From Candidatus Poribacteria bacterium (lineage in GTDB: Bacteria; Poribacteria; WGA-4E; PCPOR2b): a DNA stretch of 64,000 nt. The translations under genes were made by a program, and so were the position numbers. Under the pieces are notes generated by a model. It searched no databases. It worked only from the letters and a program-made list of their open reading frames with translations, and was not told where the DNA came from. Of the stretch, positions 50,373 through 60,771 are shown piece after piece. The stretch is taken from NCBI GenBank assembly GCA_965218095.1, contig OZ244587.1, positions 833,599 to 897,598 of the forward strand, read 5' to 3'. Numbering within the stretch: position 1 is the stretch's first letter; every line of letters begins with the position of its first letter.

Positions 50373-50663
50373 AAATTTCCTGCAAATGATGACAGCATAC
50401 AACGCTGTGCTATCACTATATTCATGAGGAAATTTGTTCCATGTGACGTATCCACCCAACGGCCAGGGGGTTGAGTTGAGAAGTTCATCGGTTCAAGCGT
50501 TCAATGAACTCATGGACTCTTGAACGTCCTGAAGGATCGGGGAACTTTTTGCGGCGTTAGTTATCTAGTCACGATGCGGTTTCTCAAAGGTTTAGTGATA
50601 GCACATCCATTGAGGGGCAAGCCTGTGATTTGTGGCGCCCCTGGCGTAAGGGATAGAAACCCA

Positions 50664-51251
50664 GTGAGCAGACAGCAGAAACGCCAACGCCTTCGTGCAG
50701 AGGCCAAACACAGGCGCGACAATATTCCGCCTGTCGTGAGATCTGAATTGAGCCGACGGATCATCAAACGGGTGATCGATTGGATTGAGATGAACCAGGC
50801 CAATGCCGTTTTGCTCTATCTCAGCATGCGGAGTGAGGTGGAAACGGATAGTTTGCTCAAGTACCTGTTGGCTCAGAACAAAACTGCACTTGCCCCCATA
50901 ACCAATATGAAACGACGGACGCTCACGCCGCGCCGCATCACCGATGTGCAAAGGGATCTTGTTCTCCACCCTTATGGCATGCGGGAACCGAACAGGAAAA
51001 CCTGCCCATCATTTCCGCTAGACCAGATTGATCTGATCCTCGTCCCCGGGGTCGCTTTTGATCGCAAAGGCTTCCGCCTCGGCTACGGTGGGGGTTTCAA
51101 TGATCGATTCCTTCCGCAATGCCCACAGGTAGCTTGGATCGGATTGGCTTACGAAGTGCAAATTGTGGAAGATACATTCCCACAAGCGTGGGATGTTCCA
51201 CTGCCCCAGATCTTCACGGAGAATGGTGACGTGATGCGCGATGTGCCTTGA
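50664..51251 (+). CDS. 5-formyltetrahydrofolate cyclo-ligase
   Basis: ...AVLLYLSMRSEVETDSLL...LVPGVAFDRKGFRLGYGGGFNDRFL. GTG start with AAGGGA 9 nt upstream (196 aa); alternative ATG starts at 50571 or 50520. Confidence 0.7.
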   Translation: MSRQQKRQRLRAEAKHRRDNIPPVVRSELSRRIIKRVIDWIEMNQANAVLLYLSMRSEVETDSLLKYLLAQNKTALAPITNMKRRTLTPRRITDVQRDLVLHPYGMREPNRKTCPSFPLDQIDLILVPGVAFDRKGFRLGYGGGFNDRFLPQCPQVAWIGLAYEVQIVEDTFPQAWDVPLPQIFTENGDVMRDVP

Positions 51252-51363
51252 TTTTCCGCTTGACATGGGATACGCCTGTGATATAATACCCACACCAGAT
51301 AGGTACGGAAGAGGAGGGCATGGGTGATTGTGCAGAAAGAAAACCGGAAGATCTCAGGGAGAG

Positions 51364-52323
51364 ATGAATAGAGTCCACACGCCTGTCTTAGTTGATGAAG
51401 TAGTTGGATTCTTGCAACCGAAAAGTCATAGTTTTTATGTGGATGGCACGGTTGGATTAGGTGGGCATGCCGCTGCTATTTTACAAGCCTCTGCGCCAGA
51501 CGGGCGCCTTTTGGGTATTGATTTGGATTCAGAAGCGTTGGCCATTGCCAGGGAGAGGCTGAGTGAATACAAAGGACAGTTAACCCTCGTTCAGGGAAAT
51601 TTTGTCCACTTAGATCGGCTGCTTGAAACGATGGCCCCTCAACTGAAATCGCGGGCTGAAGTTGATGGGGTTTTACTCGATTCAGGGGTTTCATCTTTGC
51701 AACTCGATACGCCGGAGAGAGGGTTCAGTTTTACCCACCTCGGTCCCTTAGATATGCGCATGAATCAAAGCCAGTCGTTGTCAGCGGCACAAGTCGTGAG
51801 CCACAGCCGAGAAGCTGAACTTGCTGATATTTTTACGCGCTTCGGTGAAGAACGCTGGGCGAAAAGAATAGCTCAGCAGATTGTTCAAGCCAGAAAGATT
51901 CAGCCTATCTCGACAACCCAACAACTTGCCGAAATTATCCGGCAGGCAATTTCCAAAAAATCGACCCGACCGCGTATCCATCCCGCGACAAAGGTTTTTC
52001 AGGCATTACGCATCTATATTAACGATGAGCTCAACAACCTGCATTCCGGTATAAATTGTGCGGTTTCCACCTTAAAGTCTGGTGGACGCATCTGCGTTAT
52101 TTCATTCCACTCTCTCGAAGATCGAATCGTTAAAGAACAGTTTCGCACCCTATCGCGCACCTGCATCTGCCCACCGGGAACACCTGTCTGTGTGTGTCAT
52201 CATACACCATCCCTTCAGATATTAACCAAACGTCCAATTACTCCGAAGCCTGACGAAATTCGACAAAATCCTCGGTCTCGAAGTGCGAAATTGCGCGTCG
52301 CTATGAAGATCCGCGAATCTTAA
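51364..52323 (+). CDS. rsmH: 16S rRNA (cytosine1402-N4)-methyltransferase
   Basis: MNRVHTPVLVDEVVGFL...DGTVGLGGHA...VISFHSLEDRIVK. An alternative TTG start at 51328 has a strong GAGGAGGG RBS. No mraZ upstream. Confidence 0.88.
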   Translation: MNRVHTPVLVDEVVGFLQPKSHSFYVDGTVGLGGHAAAILQASAPDGRLLGIDLDSEALAIARERLSEYKGQLTLVQGNFVHLDRLLETMAPQLKSRAEVDGVLLDSGVSSLQLDTPERGFSFTHLGPLDMRMNQSQSLSAAQVVSHSREAELADIFTRFGEERWAKRIAQQIVQARKIQPISTTQQLAEIIRQAISKKSTRPRIHPATKVFQALRIYINDELNNLHSGINCAVSTLKSGGRICVISFHSLEDRIVKEQFRTLSRTCICPPGTPVCVCHHTPSLQILTKRPITPKPDEIRQNPRSRSAKLRVAMKIRES

Positions 52324-52427
52324 ACCGAAAATTTAGCGTTTCTTAAAAACAGGACGAAATTGGTTGCTATCACTAAATGCGTGGTGCGCTCGATTTGGCG
52401 CATGGATCCAACTACCAGCGATTTGAG

Positions 52428-52469
52428 TTCAAGGGTTCAAAATTCAATCAACCCCCTGAACCCTTGAAT
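52428..52469 (+). other. Stable hairpin in the 246-nt rsmH-ftsL spacer
   Basis: ttcaagggttca ... tgaacccttgaa: a 12-bp stem with an 18-nt loop. Confidence 0.4.
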
Positions 52470-52569
52470 CCGTGTACGCTTGCAATGTTAACCAATGCCG
52501 TGTGTGGGGGTTCTCAAAAGTTTAGTAATAGAACCCTCAGTCAATCTCTAAACATCGCGTGTTATAATC

Positions 52570-52863
52570 ATGAAATATAAAAAACCGAGTCGGTCGACAA
52601 AGTTTCATCCGTTTGCATACTTCGCTCTTGTCACTTACATCTGCATCTTTTTTGCGAGCGCATGGTTTTCGTCATACCAGCACAGGGTTGCCCTGCAAAT
52701 GCGTGAGGGTTTTGAGCAGCGGAGAGATCAACTTCGCGACGAAATTAACAAACTAAAAATACAGGAAGCAAAGCTAACTTCAATTGAACGCATTCACGAA
52801 ATTGCGAAAGAGCTCCAGATGGTTCAACCCTCCGAGCCAGCCTACGTGTTGCGAAATGATTAA
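52570..52863 (+). CDS. ftsL: Cell division protein FtsL-like (single TM plus coiled coil)
   Basis: Short cytoplasmic N-terminus, TM helix FAYFALVTYICIFFASAWF, periplasmic coiled coil. Sits between rsmH and ftsI. Confidence 0.7.
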   Translation: MKYKKPSRSTKFHPFAYFALVTYICIFFASAWFSSYQHRVALQMREGFEQRRDQLRDEINKLKIQEAKLTSIERIHEIAKELQMVQPSEPAYVLRND

Positions 52864-53107
52864 ACTCGGTGAATCGACGCATCTGCAAATTCGCAAAACA
52901 AGGAATGTCCTCCCTTCGACAGACTCAGTGCTCCGATCCCTTTGGTAGATGTCGTCTCAATGGATCCCTTTTTGGGAGCCATTGAGTGAATCCGCAAAAA
53001 TTTCGAGCTTCACATCCGTCCATTTGCCCCGATAGATCGGGGGATCTCGTTTCGATAGCGACTTGATTGCAAATTTCTGTTGAATCCCTTTATCCATTGA
53101 CAAGCGT

Positions 53108-54862
53108 ATGAAAAATACACCTTCTTTCCGAATTATAATCGTATTGGTCGGTTTGGAGATCTGCTTAGGAATGTTGATAGGTCGCCTATTCCTGATTCAG
53201 TATGTGCACGGTGAGACGTTGCGCGAACGCTCTGCGGGCCAGCGTAAAGTTCAGGTGGGCTCTCAGGCCAAGCGCGGCAAGATTCTCGATAGGCACGGAA
53301 GCGTCTACGCCATCAATCGAGATCTGGTTTCAGTCTATGCGGATCCGAAAACGATGAAAGCCGAACTCTACGAAGTGGCTCGCGAACTTGCTCCGCTGCT
53401 CAATGTCCCGGAGGCTAAACTTCTGTCAGCGCTTCAGCGGAAAAACAGACGTTTTGTTTGGCTTCAGCGAAATCTGGACTATGAGTGTCTGAAGGACATT
53501 CGCGAAGTCATTAAAAGTATTCATGGGGTATGGTATCAGATCCACGGAAAGCGGTTTTACCCAAAAGATGAACTGGCATGCCACATTATCGGACATACGA
53601 ATTTCGCAAATGAGGGTATAGACGGAATCGAGCATCAGCATGATACTTACTTGAATGGGATTGCGAAAAACCTCCTTCCCGCCTCAAAACCGAAAGAGAA
53701 ACCGGCGATCATCGATGGGAAGAGACGTTCGATGAGCCCACCACAACTCTATCAAGAAGGAGCAAACTACGGCTATAACATCGTCCTTACGCTTGATGAA
53801 TATATTCAACATATTGCAGAAACAGAACTGATTGCCGGTTGCGAAAAGTGGCGCGCGAAAGCGGGGACTGCAATCGTCATGCACTCCAAAAGCGGTGAGA
53901 TTTTGGCATTAGCAAATTATCCGAAGTACAACCTGAATCGCTATTCAAACAGCAAAGAGTCAGCCAAGCGCAATCGTGCCATCTGGATGCAATACGAACC
54001 CGGTTCTGTGTTTAAAATCGTCACAGCCTCTGCCGTCCTCAACGAGAAACTAATGTCTCCGCACTCGCGTGAGTATTGCGAGATGGGGAAATATCGTCTG
54101 TCCAATGGACATGTCATTCATGATGTTAAACCGAATGCGTGGCTAACACTTAGCGAGATTATCGCGAAGTCCAGTAATATCGGTATCATCAAGGTTGCGA
54201 GTCAGCTCGACAGAGAGCAGTTAGAAGCTTACACGCGCCGGTTCGGTTTTGGCAAAAAAACCGGCATCGATCTTCCTTATGAACAAGTCGGTAGCTTGAG
54301 GGGCATCCGAAAATGGGATAGCTATTCGATTGCTTCTGTTCCTTTTGGGCAAGGCATTTCTGCGACACCCCTCCAGATGTTGAACGCCATCAACGCAATT
54401 GCTACCAACGGCGTTCTTTTACAGCCGTATGTCACTCGACAAATTATTGATAAGGATGGAAGACCACTAGAACAATCACACCCAAAGCCGATTCGTCGCG
54501 TCATTTCCGCAGAAACGGCACAGGAGATGACACGAATGCTTGTCGGTGTGACGGAAGCCGGTGGCGGGATGAAGGCGCGTGTCAAAGGATACGCTGTTGC
54601 AGGCAAAACCGGCACGGCGCAGAAAGCACAAAGAGGAAAGGGGTATGTAAAGGGTAAGGTGGTCAACACATTTGCAGGGTTCCTGCCGGCGGAAGACCCC
54701 TTAATCTCAATCATTGCTGTCGTTGATGAGCCGGCTGGCGCGCCGTTGAGTAGCCACGTTACAGCCCCAATTTTCCAGAAGATTGCCGATCAAGCGATGC
54801 GCTATTTGAGCCAGAAGAATCTGTTTGCCCAGGGCTTAACAGAGAATTATGAGGAAAACTAA
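53108..54862 (+). CDS. ftsI: Peptidoglycan D,D-transpeptidase FtsI (PBP3-type class B PBP)
   Basis: N-terminal TM, dimerisation domain; transpeptidase motifs STFK-like (SVFKIV), SSN (KSSNIG), KTGT (AGKTGTAQ). Confidence 0.92.
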   Translation: MKNTPSFRIIIVLVGLEICLGMLIGRLFLIQYVHGETLRERSAGQRKVQVGSQAKRGKILDRHGSVYAINRDLVSVYADPKTMKAELYEVARELAPLLNVPEAKLLSALQRKNRRFVWLQRNLDYECLKDIREVIKSIHGVWYQIHGKRFYPKDELACHIIGHTNFANEGIDGIEHQHDTYLNGIAKNLLPASKPKEKPAIIDGKRRSMSPPQLYQEGANYGYNIVLTLDEYIQHIAETELIAGCEKWRAKAGTAIVMHSKSGEILALANYPKYNLNRYSNSKESAKRNRAIWMQYEPGSVFKIVTASAVLNEKLMSPHSREYCEMGKYRLSNGHVIHDVKPNAWLTLSEIIAKSSNIGIIKVASQLDREQLEAYTRRFGFGKKTGIDLPYEQVGSLRGIRKWDSYSIASVPFGQGISATPLQMLNAINAIATNGVLLQPYVTRQIIDKDGRPLEQSHPKPIRRVISAETAQEMTRMLVGVTEAGGGMKARVKGYAVAGKTGTAQKAQRGKGYVKGKVVNTFAGFLPAEDPLISIIAVVDEPAGAPLSSHVTAPIFQKIADQAMRYLSQKNLFAQGLTENYEEN

Positions 54863-54898
54863 GAGCGTCTGTGAGAAGTCTTACGATCGGGGTTAGAG

Positions 54899-56365
54899 GT
54901 GCAATCGATTGTGAACCTTCAACGCTTACTCCAACATGTAAACATTGTCTCATCAATTGGGGCACTCAATAAAAACATCGCTGGCATTGCAAGCGATTCT
55001 CGATCCGTGCGGCCGGGGTATGCTTTCATCTGCTATGAAGGTGTCAAAGTTGATGGACATGCCTTTATTCCCCAGGCGATCCAAAATGGCGCAGCGGCGA
55101 TTATTGGAGAAAAGCTACCGCTAATAGATCTCCCACCCGATGTGACCTATATCCATACGCCGAGTGGACGTATCGCGCTCTCGCTTATCGCGGCAAACTG
55201 GTACGGAAATCCGGCTAATCGGCTGAAGTTGATTGGTATCACCGGCACAAACGGAAAGACTTCGACAGCACACCTTGCGCACGCGATCTTTGAATCGGCA
55301 GGTCTGAAAGCAGCAATCATGGGCACCGTTGGGACGCGCTATGGTGATGTTGTTGTGCCGCCTTCTATAACGACGCTTGAGCCCTTGATGCTTGCCCAAC
55401 TGTTCCGGAACATTGTCGATGCGGGCATGGATTATGTCATCATGGAAACCTCGTCGCAAGGCCTGGCGCAGCATCGGCTGGTGGGACTCACCTTTGAAAC
55501 GGCTGTTTTCATGAATCTGACGCAGGATCATTTGGATTACCATCAAACGATGGAAGAATATCTGAATGCCAAACTGATGTTATTTCAGCAACTCAATCCT
55601 GATAGCGGCTTGGCAGTTCTCAATGTAGATGACCCTGCTTCTGATGCACTTCATCATCAAACCAACCTCTCAACTCTCACTTTTGGTCTTGAGCAGCAAG
55701 CGGATCTGACAGTTCGCGACGTGGAATCGGCGCTTAGAGGGCTTGCGTTCACCGCAATCATGCCACAAGGAGAAATCCGTGTGAAGCTCCGTCTGTTGGG
55801 GGATTACAACCTTTATAATGCCCTCGCCGCAATCGGGGTGGGGCTGCATCACGGTTGCCCGCTTGATGCGATTAAAGTAGGGCTTGAATCAACAGTCGTG
55901 CCGGGACGATTTGAGTTGGTCAATCGGGGACAGGATTTTGCTGTCGTTGTGGATTATGCGCATACGCCTGACGGTTTGGAAAACCTGTTGACCGCTGCCC
56001 GGAAAGTTACGTATGGACGTTTAATCTGCGTCTTTGGCTGCGGCGGAGATCGCGATCGTGGCAAGCGCCCGAAGATGGGCAAAATCTCCACAACCATCGC
56101 CGATCACAGCGTTATCACCTCCGACAACCCACGCACCGAAGCACCAGACCAGATCATCGTCGACATCGTGGAAGGCTTACCCAACGGCGCAAGTTATGAC
56201 CGAATTCCAGACCGCCGGGATGCCATCGGTCATGCAATTGAGTTGGCAAAGGCGGGCGATCTTGTTGCCATTGCAGGCAAGGGGCATGAGCCGTACCAAG
56301 AAATCAACGGCGTGCGATTTGATTTCGATGACCGGGAAGTTGCAGCGGAATTTCTTGAGCCGTAG
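54899..56365 (+). CDS. murE: UDP-N-acetylmuramoyl-L-alanyl-D-glutamate--2,6-diaminopimelate ligase
   Basis: GITGTNGKTST, DYAHTPDGLEN, and a DNPR motif (ITSDNPRTE) indicative of meso-DAP specificity. Confidence 0.92.
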   Translation: MQSIVNLQRLLQHVNIVSSIGALNKNIAGIASDSRSVRPGYAFICYEGVKVDGHAFIPQAIQNGAAAIIGEKLPLIDLPPDVTYIHTPSGRIALSLIAANWYGNPANRLKLIGITGTNGKTSTAHLAHAIFESAGLKAAIMGTVGTRYGDVVVPPSITTLEPLMLAQLFRNIVDAGMDYVIMETSSQGLAQHRLVGLTFETAVFMNLTQDHLDYHQTMEEYLNAKLMLFQQLNPDSGLAVLNVDDPASDALHHQTNLSTLTFGLEQQADLTVRDVESALRGLAFTAIMPQGEIRVKLRLLGDYNLYNALAAIGVGLHHGCPLDAIKVGLESTVVPGRFELVNRGQDFAVVVDYAHTPDGLENLLTAARKVTYGRLICVFGCGGDRDRGKRPKMGKISTTIADHSVITSDNPRTEAPDQIIVDIVEGLPNGASYDRIPDRRDAIGHAIELAKAGDLVAIAGKGHEPYQEINGVRFDFDDREVAAEFLEP

Positions 56366-56423
56366 AGGTCGCACTGATGAGGTCAATTTCATTCAATTAC
56401 AGTGTCAGGAGATGGTGCTCGAC

Positions 56424-56573
56424 ATGGAAACAGGTTTCGAACTTTTTGTGATGGTAATCGCACCAGTATTTTATGCGATTCTCTTTTGGCTTGTTATACG
56501 ATTCGTTCGTGCAATAGAAAGAATCGCGGACAACGTGGAGAGAATCGCATCCAACGAGAACATCAGAGAGTAG
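56424..56573 (+). CDS. Small hydrophobic protein (49 aa), hypothetical, in the murE-murF spacer
   Basis: METGFELFVMVIAPVFYAILFWLVIRFVRAIERIADNVERIASNENIRE: one TM helix; AGGAG 12 nt upstream. Confidence 0.3.
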   Translation: METGFELFVMVIAPVFYAILFWLVIRFVRAIERIADNVERIASNENIRE

Positions 56574-56638
56574 GGGCGACCTACCTGTTCGACCGTTTGG
56601 CCCCATAGCAACCTCCTATACAAATCACGCATTACGCC

Positions 56639-58057
56639 ATGAATCTCACAATTGCTGAAATCCTGAAGGCAACCGACGGCAAACTCATTCGAGGGGACGC
56701 CAACACAACTGCAACACAGATTTCGACGGACTCGCGCACGCTGAAAAAGGGAGCTCTTTTTGTCGCATTGGTCGGCGAAAAATTCGATGGACATAACTTC
56801 CTGGATGGCGTGTGTCAGCAAGGCGCCATCGGTGCGGTTGTATCGAAACAGGTCGCCGATGTCTCCCGACTGGCGCTGCCGATCATTGTCCAGGTAAACG
56901 ACACGCTAGTTGCGCTGGGAGATATTGCCAATTGTCACCGTCGCAAGTTCGAGCTTCCAGTCGTCGCTATCACGGGCAGCAGCGGCAAAACCACGACAAA
57001 AGATATGACAGCTTCTGTGTTGGCGCAACGGTTTTCCGTATTCAAATCCGAGGACAGTTACAATAATCAAATTGGTATTCCCTCGCGATTGATGCAACTC
57101 AGCGAAGCAGATGAGATTGCTGTATTAGAGATTGGCACAAGTTGGCCCGGCGAGATCGAGCGGCTGTCGCGGATAACGGTGCCGACTGTTGGCGTGATCA
57201 CGAACATCGGACCGACGCATCTGGAATTGCTCGGTTCGATTGAAGGGGTCGCTGAGGAGAAAGGTGCATTGCTGGCCCATGTCAAACATGCCATTCTCAA
57301 CGCCGAGGATCCGATGATGCCGAGGCTTGCCCGCCGCATGCGTGGTCATACGACCACATTTGGTTGGCAGACTGATGCGGATGTTTCTGCGCACGAGATT
57401 GAAATCGACGGTTTCGGAAAGCCCGCGTTCACGTTGAAGATTAGGGGGAAGGCAGTCGAAAGAGTTCATTTACCCTGCTTGGGAAAACACAACATCTGTA
57501 ACGCCCTCGCTGCTGCATGCGTTGGCGTCTGGGCGGGCTTAACGCTGACAGAAATTCGTGCAGGGCTAGAGCGTTTTCAGCCGGCGGACATGCGGATGCA
57601 GCCGATTGTACACAACGACTTGCATATCATCAACGATGCCTATAACTCAAATCCGGATTCTCTCAAGTATGTGCTGGAATTCTTCAGCAATATGGAAACC
57701 GATGGCAGGCGGATTGCGATACTTGGTGACATGCTTGAACTCGGCGACCATTCTCACAGGTTCCACTTAAAAGCTGGACAGGATATCCCCACCAATATCA
57801 ACTTGCTGATCACCGTTGGTTCACATAGTCATGAAATCGCTCGTGGTGCAAAGGGCAGAGTCAAATCCATCATCTCCTGCGAGACTCCGAAGGAGGCTGT
57901 ACAGCAACTCCGCAAATCCGCCCAACCTGGTGACGCCGTTTTAATCAAAGGTTCGCGCGGTATGAAGTTGGAGCAGATCCTGGAAGAAGTGATGCGTAAT
58001 ACGCAAAATGCAAATGCGCTTTATCATAGCCCACATCTAATTTCCTCATTTTTCTGA
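56639..58057 (+). CDS. murF: UDP-N-acetylmuramoyl-tripeptide--D-alanyl-D-alanine ligase
   Basis: ITGSSGKTTTKDM ... DAYNSNPDS; 472 aa. Confidence 0.92.
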   Translation: MNLTIAEILKATDGKLIRGDANTTATQISTDSRTLKKGALFVALVGEKFDGHNFLDGVCQQGAIGAVVSKQVADVSRLALPIIVQVNDTLVALGDIANCHRRKFELPVVAITGSSGKTTTKDMTASVLAQRFSVFKSEDSYNNQIGIPSRLMQLSEADEIAVLEIGTSWPGEIERLSRITVPTVGVITNIGPTHLELLGSIEGVAEEKGALLAHVKHAILNAEDPMMPRLARRMRGHTTTFGWQTDADVSAHEIEIDGFGKPAFTLKIRGKAVERVHLPCLGKHNICNALAAACVGVWAGLTLTEIRAGLERFQPADMRMQPIVHNDLHIINDAYNSNPDSLKYVLEFFSNMETDGRRIAILGDMLELGDHSHRFHLKAGQDIPTNINLLITVGSHSHEIARGAKGRVKSIISCETPKEAVQQLRKSAQPGDAVLIKGSRGMKLEQILEEVMRNTQNANALYHSPHLISSFF

Positions 58058-58063
58058 ACGATT

Positions 58064-59167
58064 ATGTTCTATTATCTGTTTTTTGAACAGTTCACAGATA
58101 CGTTTTCACCATTCAACGTTTTCCGTTACATTAGCTTTCGATCCATCTACGCAACGGTGACAGCACTGTCAATCTCCTTGATTTTGGGCCCGTTCGTCAT
58201 TCGGCATTTGAAGCGGTTGCGGATTGGTGAACAGATTCGGGAGGATGGTCCCGCAGCCCATCAGAGCAAGGCGGGTACACCGACGATGGGCGGGGTCCTC
58301 ATTATCTCGTCCGTGTTGATTTCAATCTTTCTGTGGGCTCGGTTAGATCAGCCCTACATTTTCGTCCTCACTTTCAGTCTTGTGTGGTTTGGTGGACTCG
58401 GTTTTCTTGATGACTATCAGAAGATTACCCAACAACAGTCGCTGGGTTTGCGCGGCTGGCATAAGATCATGCTGCAAACACTTGGCGCGCTAGCCATCGC
58501 CTACTACCTTTACCGTTGGGGGCCTATCCCCACAGATGGTTTGACAAAAAAGACATCGATTATCATTCCTTTCTTCAAGCAACTTCGTCCCGATTTAGGC
58601 ATTTGGTTTATTCCGTTTACCGTGCTTGTAATTGTTGGCACCTCCAACACCGTTAACCTCACAGATGGCATGGATGGATTAGCGATCGGCTGTACCCTGT
58701 TTGTCGCAACAACATTTGGGGTTTTAGGTTACCTGACCAGTCATCAGCAGTTGGCAAGTTATCTCGATATCGCCCACATTCCAGCGAACGGAGAAGCCGC
58801 GACTATTTTTTGTGCAGCATTGATTGGAGCCGGCTTAGGTTTTTTATGGTATAATTGCCATCCAGCGCAGATATTCATGGGCGACACCGGCTCATTAGCG
58901 CTTGGCGCCGCTCTTGGATTGGTTGCCGTTTTAACCAAAGAGGCGCTCTTGCTCGTGATTGTCGGTGGGATTTTCGTTGCAGAGGGGCTCTCCGTTATCA
59001 TTCAGGTCTGGTCCTACAAGACGAGAAAAAAACGGGTGTTCAAGATGTCGCCGCTGCACTACCATTTTTTGCTGCTCGGTTGGAAAGAATCGAAGGTGGT
59101 GATCCGATTCTGGATTATTGCCCTAATTCTGATGCTAATGGCATTGAGTACCCTCAAGCTGAGATAA
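58064..59167 (+). CDS. mraY: Phospho-N-acetylmuramoyl-pentapeptide transferase
   Basis: Ten TM helices; NTVNLTDGMDGLA; HH motif near the C-terminus. Confidence 0.93.
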   Translation: MFYYLFFEQFTDTFSPFNVFRYISFRSIYATVTALSISLILGPFVIRHLKRLRIGEQIREDGPAAHQSKAGTPTMGGVLIISSVLISIFLWARLDQPYIFVLTFSLVWFGGLGFLDDYQKITQQQSLGLRGWHKIMLQTLGALAIAYYLYRWGPIPTDGLTKKTSIIIPFFKQLRPDLGIWFIPFTVLVIVGTSNTVNLTDGMDGLAIGCTLFVATTFGVLGYLTSHQQLASYLDIAHIPANGEAATIFCAALIGAGLGFLWYNCHPAQIFMGDTGSLALGAALGLVAVLTKEALLLVIVGGIFVAEGLSVIIQVWSYKTRKKRVFKMSPLHYHFLLLGWKESKVVIRFWIIALILMLMALSTLKLR

Positions 59168-59352
59168 GACGCGAAACGTAGAATATATAAATGGAATAGA
59201 AAACATAAAAGTATGGACTTATTTCTGTAGGGAGGCATTCTCAATGGAAAGGATGATTTTGGATCCGCAAGAAGAAAATTTAATCGGGTTATATTGAGAA
59301 CTCTCATTCAGCAAACAGTAGAGGAATTTCATGAATTCGCCGATTTAATCTT

Positions 59353-60771
59353 ATGACATTCACAGGAAAACAGATCTCCGTCTTCGGACTCCATCGTAGC
59401 GGTGTTGCCGTCGCCAAACTACTGGACGACCTTGGCGCAAAGGTTCGCGTTACCGATCCAAAATCCGCCGATGAACTTCAAGGGGACATCGAGGCGCTGA
59501 AGGATCGAGAGATCGACTTCATTCTCGGCGGACATGGTCACCGTTGCATCAAGAAGGCGGATCTGATTGTCGTTTCGCCGGGCGTACCATTGGACATTCC
59601 CATTCTACAAAAAGCGCGTTCAATGGGAATCCCGATCATTGGTGAGTTGGAGGTCGCTGCAAGCATATCTCCCGCACCGATTGTTGGGATTACGGGGACA
59701 AAAGGTAAGTCGACAACCACAATTTTAACCGCTGAGATTCTCAAGCGAGGAGGTTTCCGCAAAGTTTGCGTCGCAGGTAACATTGAGCCGCCGCTATCGA
59801 GCGAAGTCCAAAATTTAACGGCCGAAGATCTCGTCGTCCTCGAAGTCAGCAGTTTTCAGCTTGAAACGACGGTGAGGTTTCGACCAATGGTGAGCGTTGT
59901 TCTAAATCTCTCACGTGATCATTTGGATCGGCATCGGACGATGGAAGCGTATCGGGCGGCAAAGCTGAAAATCTGTGCAAACCAGACAGCGGCGGACTGG
60001 ATTGTGCTGAATGCGGCGGATGAAGACGTTGCAGTCTTTGCCGACGAGACACAGGCGCAAGCGATTTACTTTACGGACGTGACTGCCTCTGAAATGGGAA
60101 CTTATGTGCGAGGTGATCAGGTCTTTGCAAAGTGCGAGGGTGAATCCCACCGGATCTGTGATGTCGCAGACATCCCGCTGCTTGGACAACATAACCTCCA
60201 AAATGTTCTCGCTGCGACGGCGGTCGGGCAGATTTTCGGCATCTCACCGAATATGATGGGCGCGGCGATTCGTGGTTTCTCCCCCGCAGAATACGCCGCG
60301 CTTGAACACGCCTTTGAACCAGTCAAAACGATCAACGGTGTTCGATTCATCAACGATTCCAAAGCCACGAATGTCGCCGCAGTCAAAGCCGCGCTCGAAT
60401 CGTTGTCGGATCCAATCCTGCTGATCATGGGCGGATACGATAAGGGCAATGACTACCAACCGTTGGTTGATCTCGTTCGATCTAAGGTCAAAGGATTAAT
60501 ATTGCTTGGTTCGCACACGCAAATAATCCGAAACGCACTTGCTTCACAGGTCGTTACGTGGGATGCAGCGACGATGAGCGACGCTGCCAGGATTGCGTAC
60601 TCGCACGCTGTGCCAGGTGACATCGTGCTTTTGTCACCCGCGAATGCAAGTTTCGATATGTTCACGGATTATAAGACACGTGGTCGAGTTTTTCGGGAGG
60701 CGGTCAACCAACTTGAATCAACAGAGGCAAGCCAAAGATCCGATATTAATCTGGAAACATTATCCGCTTAA
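59353..60771 (+). CDS. murD: UDP-N-acetylmuramoylalanine--D-glutamate ligase
   Basis: GITGTKGKSTTT; N-terminal Rossmann VFGLHRSGVAVAKLL. Confidence 0.92.
   Translation: MTFTGKQISVFGLHRSGVAVAKLLDDLGAKVRVTDPKSADELQGDIEALKDREIDFILGGHGHRCIKKADLIVVSPGVPLDIPILQKARSMGIPIIGELEVAASISPAPIVGITGTKGKSTTTILTAEILKRGGFRKVCVAGNIEPPLSSEVQNLTAEDLVVLEVSSFQLETTVRFRPMVSVVLNLSRDHLDRHRTMEAYRAAKLKICANQTAADWIVLNAADEDVAVFADETQAQAIYFTDVTASEMGTYVRGDQVFAKCEGESHRICDVADIPLLGQHNLQNVLAATAVGQIFGISPNMMGAAIRGFSPAEYAALEHAFEPVKTINGVRFINDSKATNVAAVKAALESLSDPILLIMGGYDKGNDYQPLVDLVRSKVKGLILLGSHTQIIRNALASQVVTWDAATMSDAARIAYSHAVPGDIVLLSPANASFDMFTDYKTRGRVFREAVNQLESTEASQRSDINLETLSA

Noticed and set aside
50380-50420. Possible small ORF MMTAYNAVLSLYS in the spacer upstream of the cyclo-ligase gene
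   Set aside because: Only 13 codons with no RBS; the spacer is better explained as non-coding or structured RNA.
52561-52566. TGTTATAAT extended -10 element 4 nt before the ftsL ATG (possible leaderless transcript)
   Set aside because: The spacing is incompatible with a transcription start upstream of the ATG unless ftsL starts later; this is most likely coincidence.
56034-56573. 179-aa plus-strand ORF overlapping the 3' half of murE
   Set aside because: Its 5' part is an alternate frame of murE. Only the last 49 codons (56424-56573) lie outside murE, and those are reported as a possible small membrane protein.
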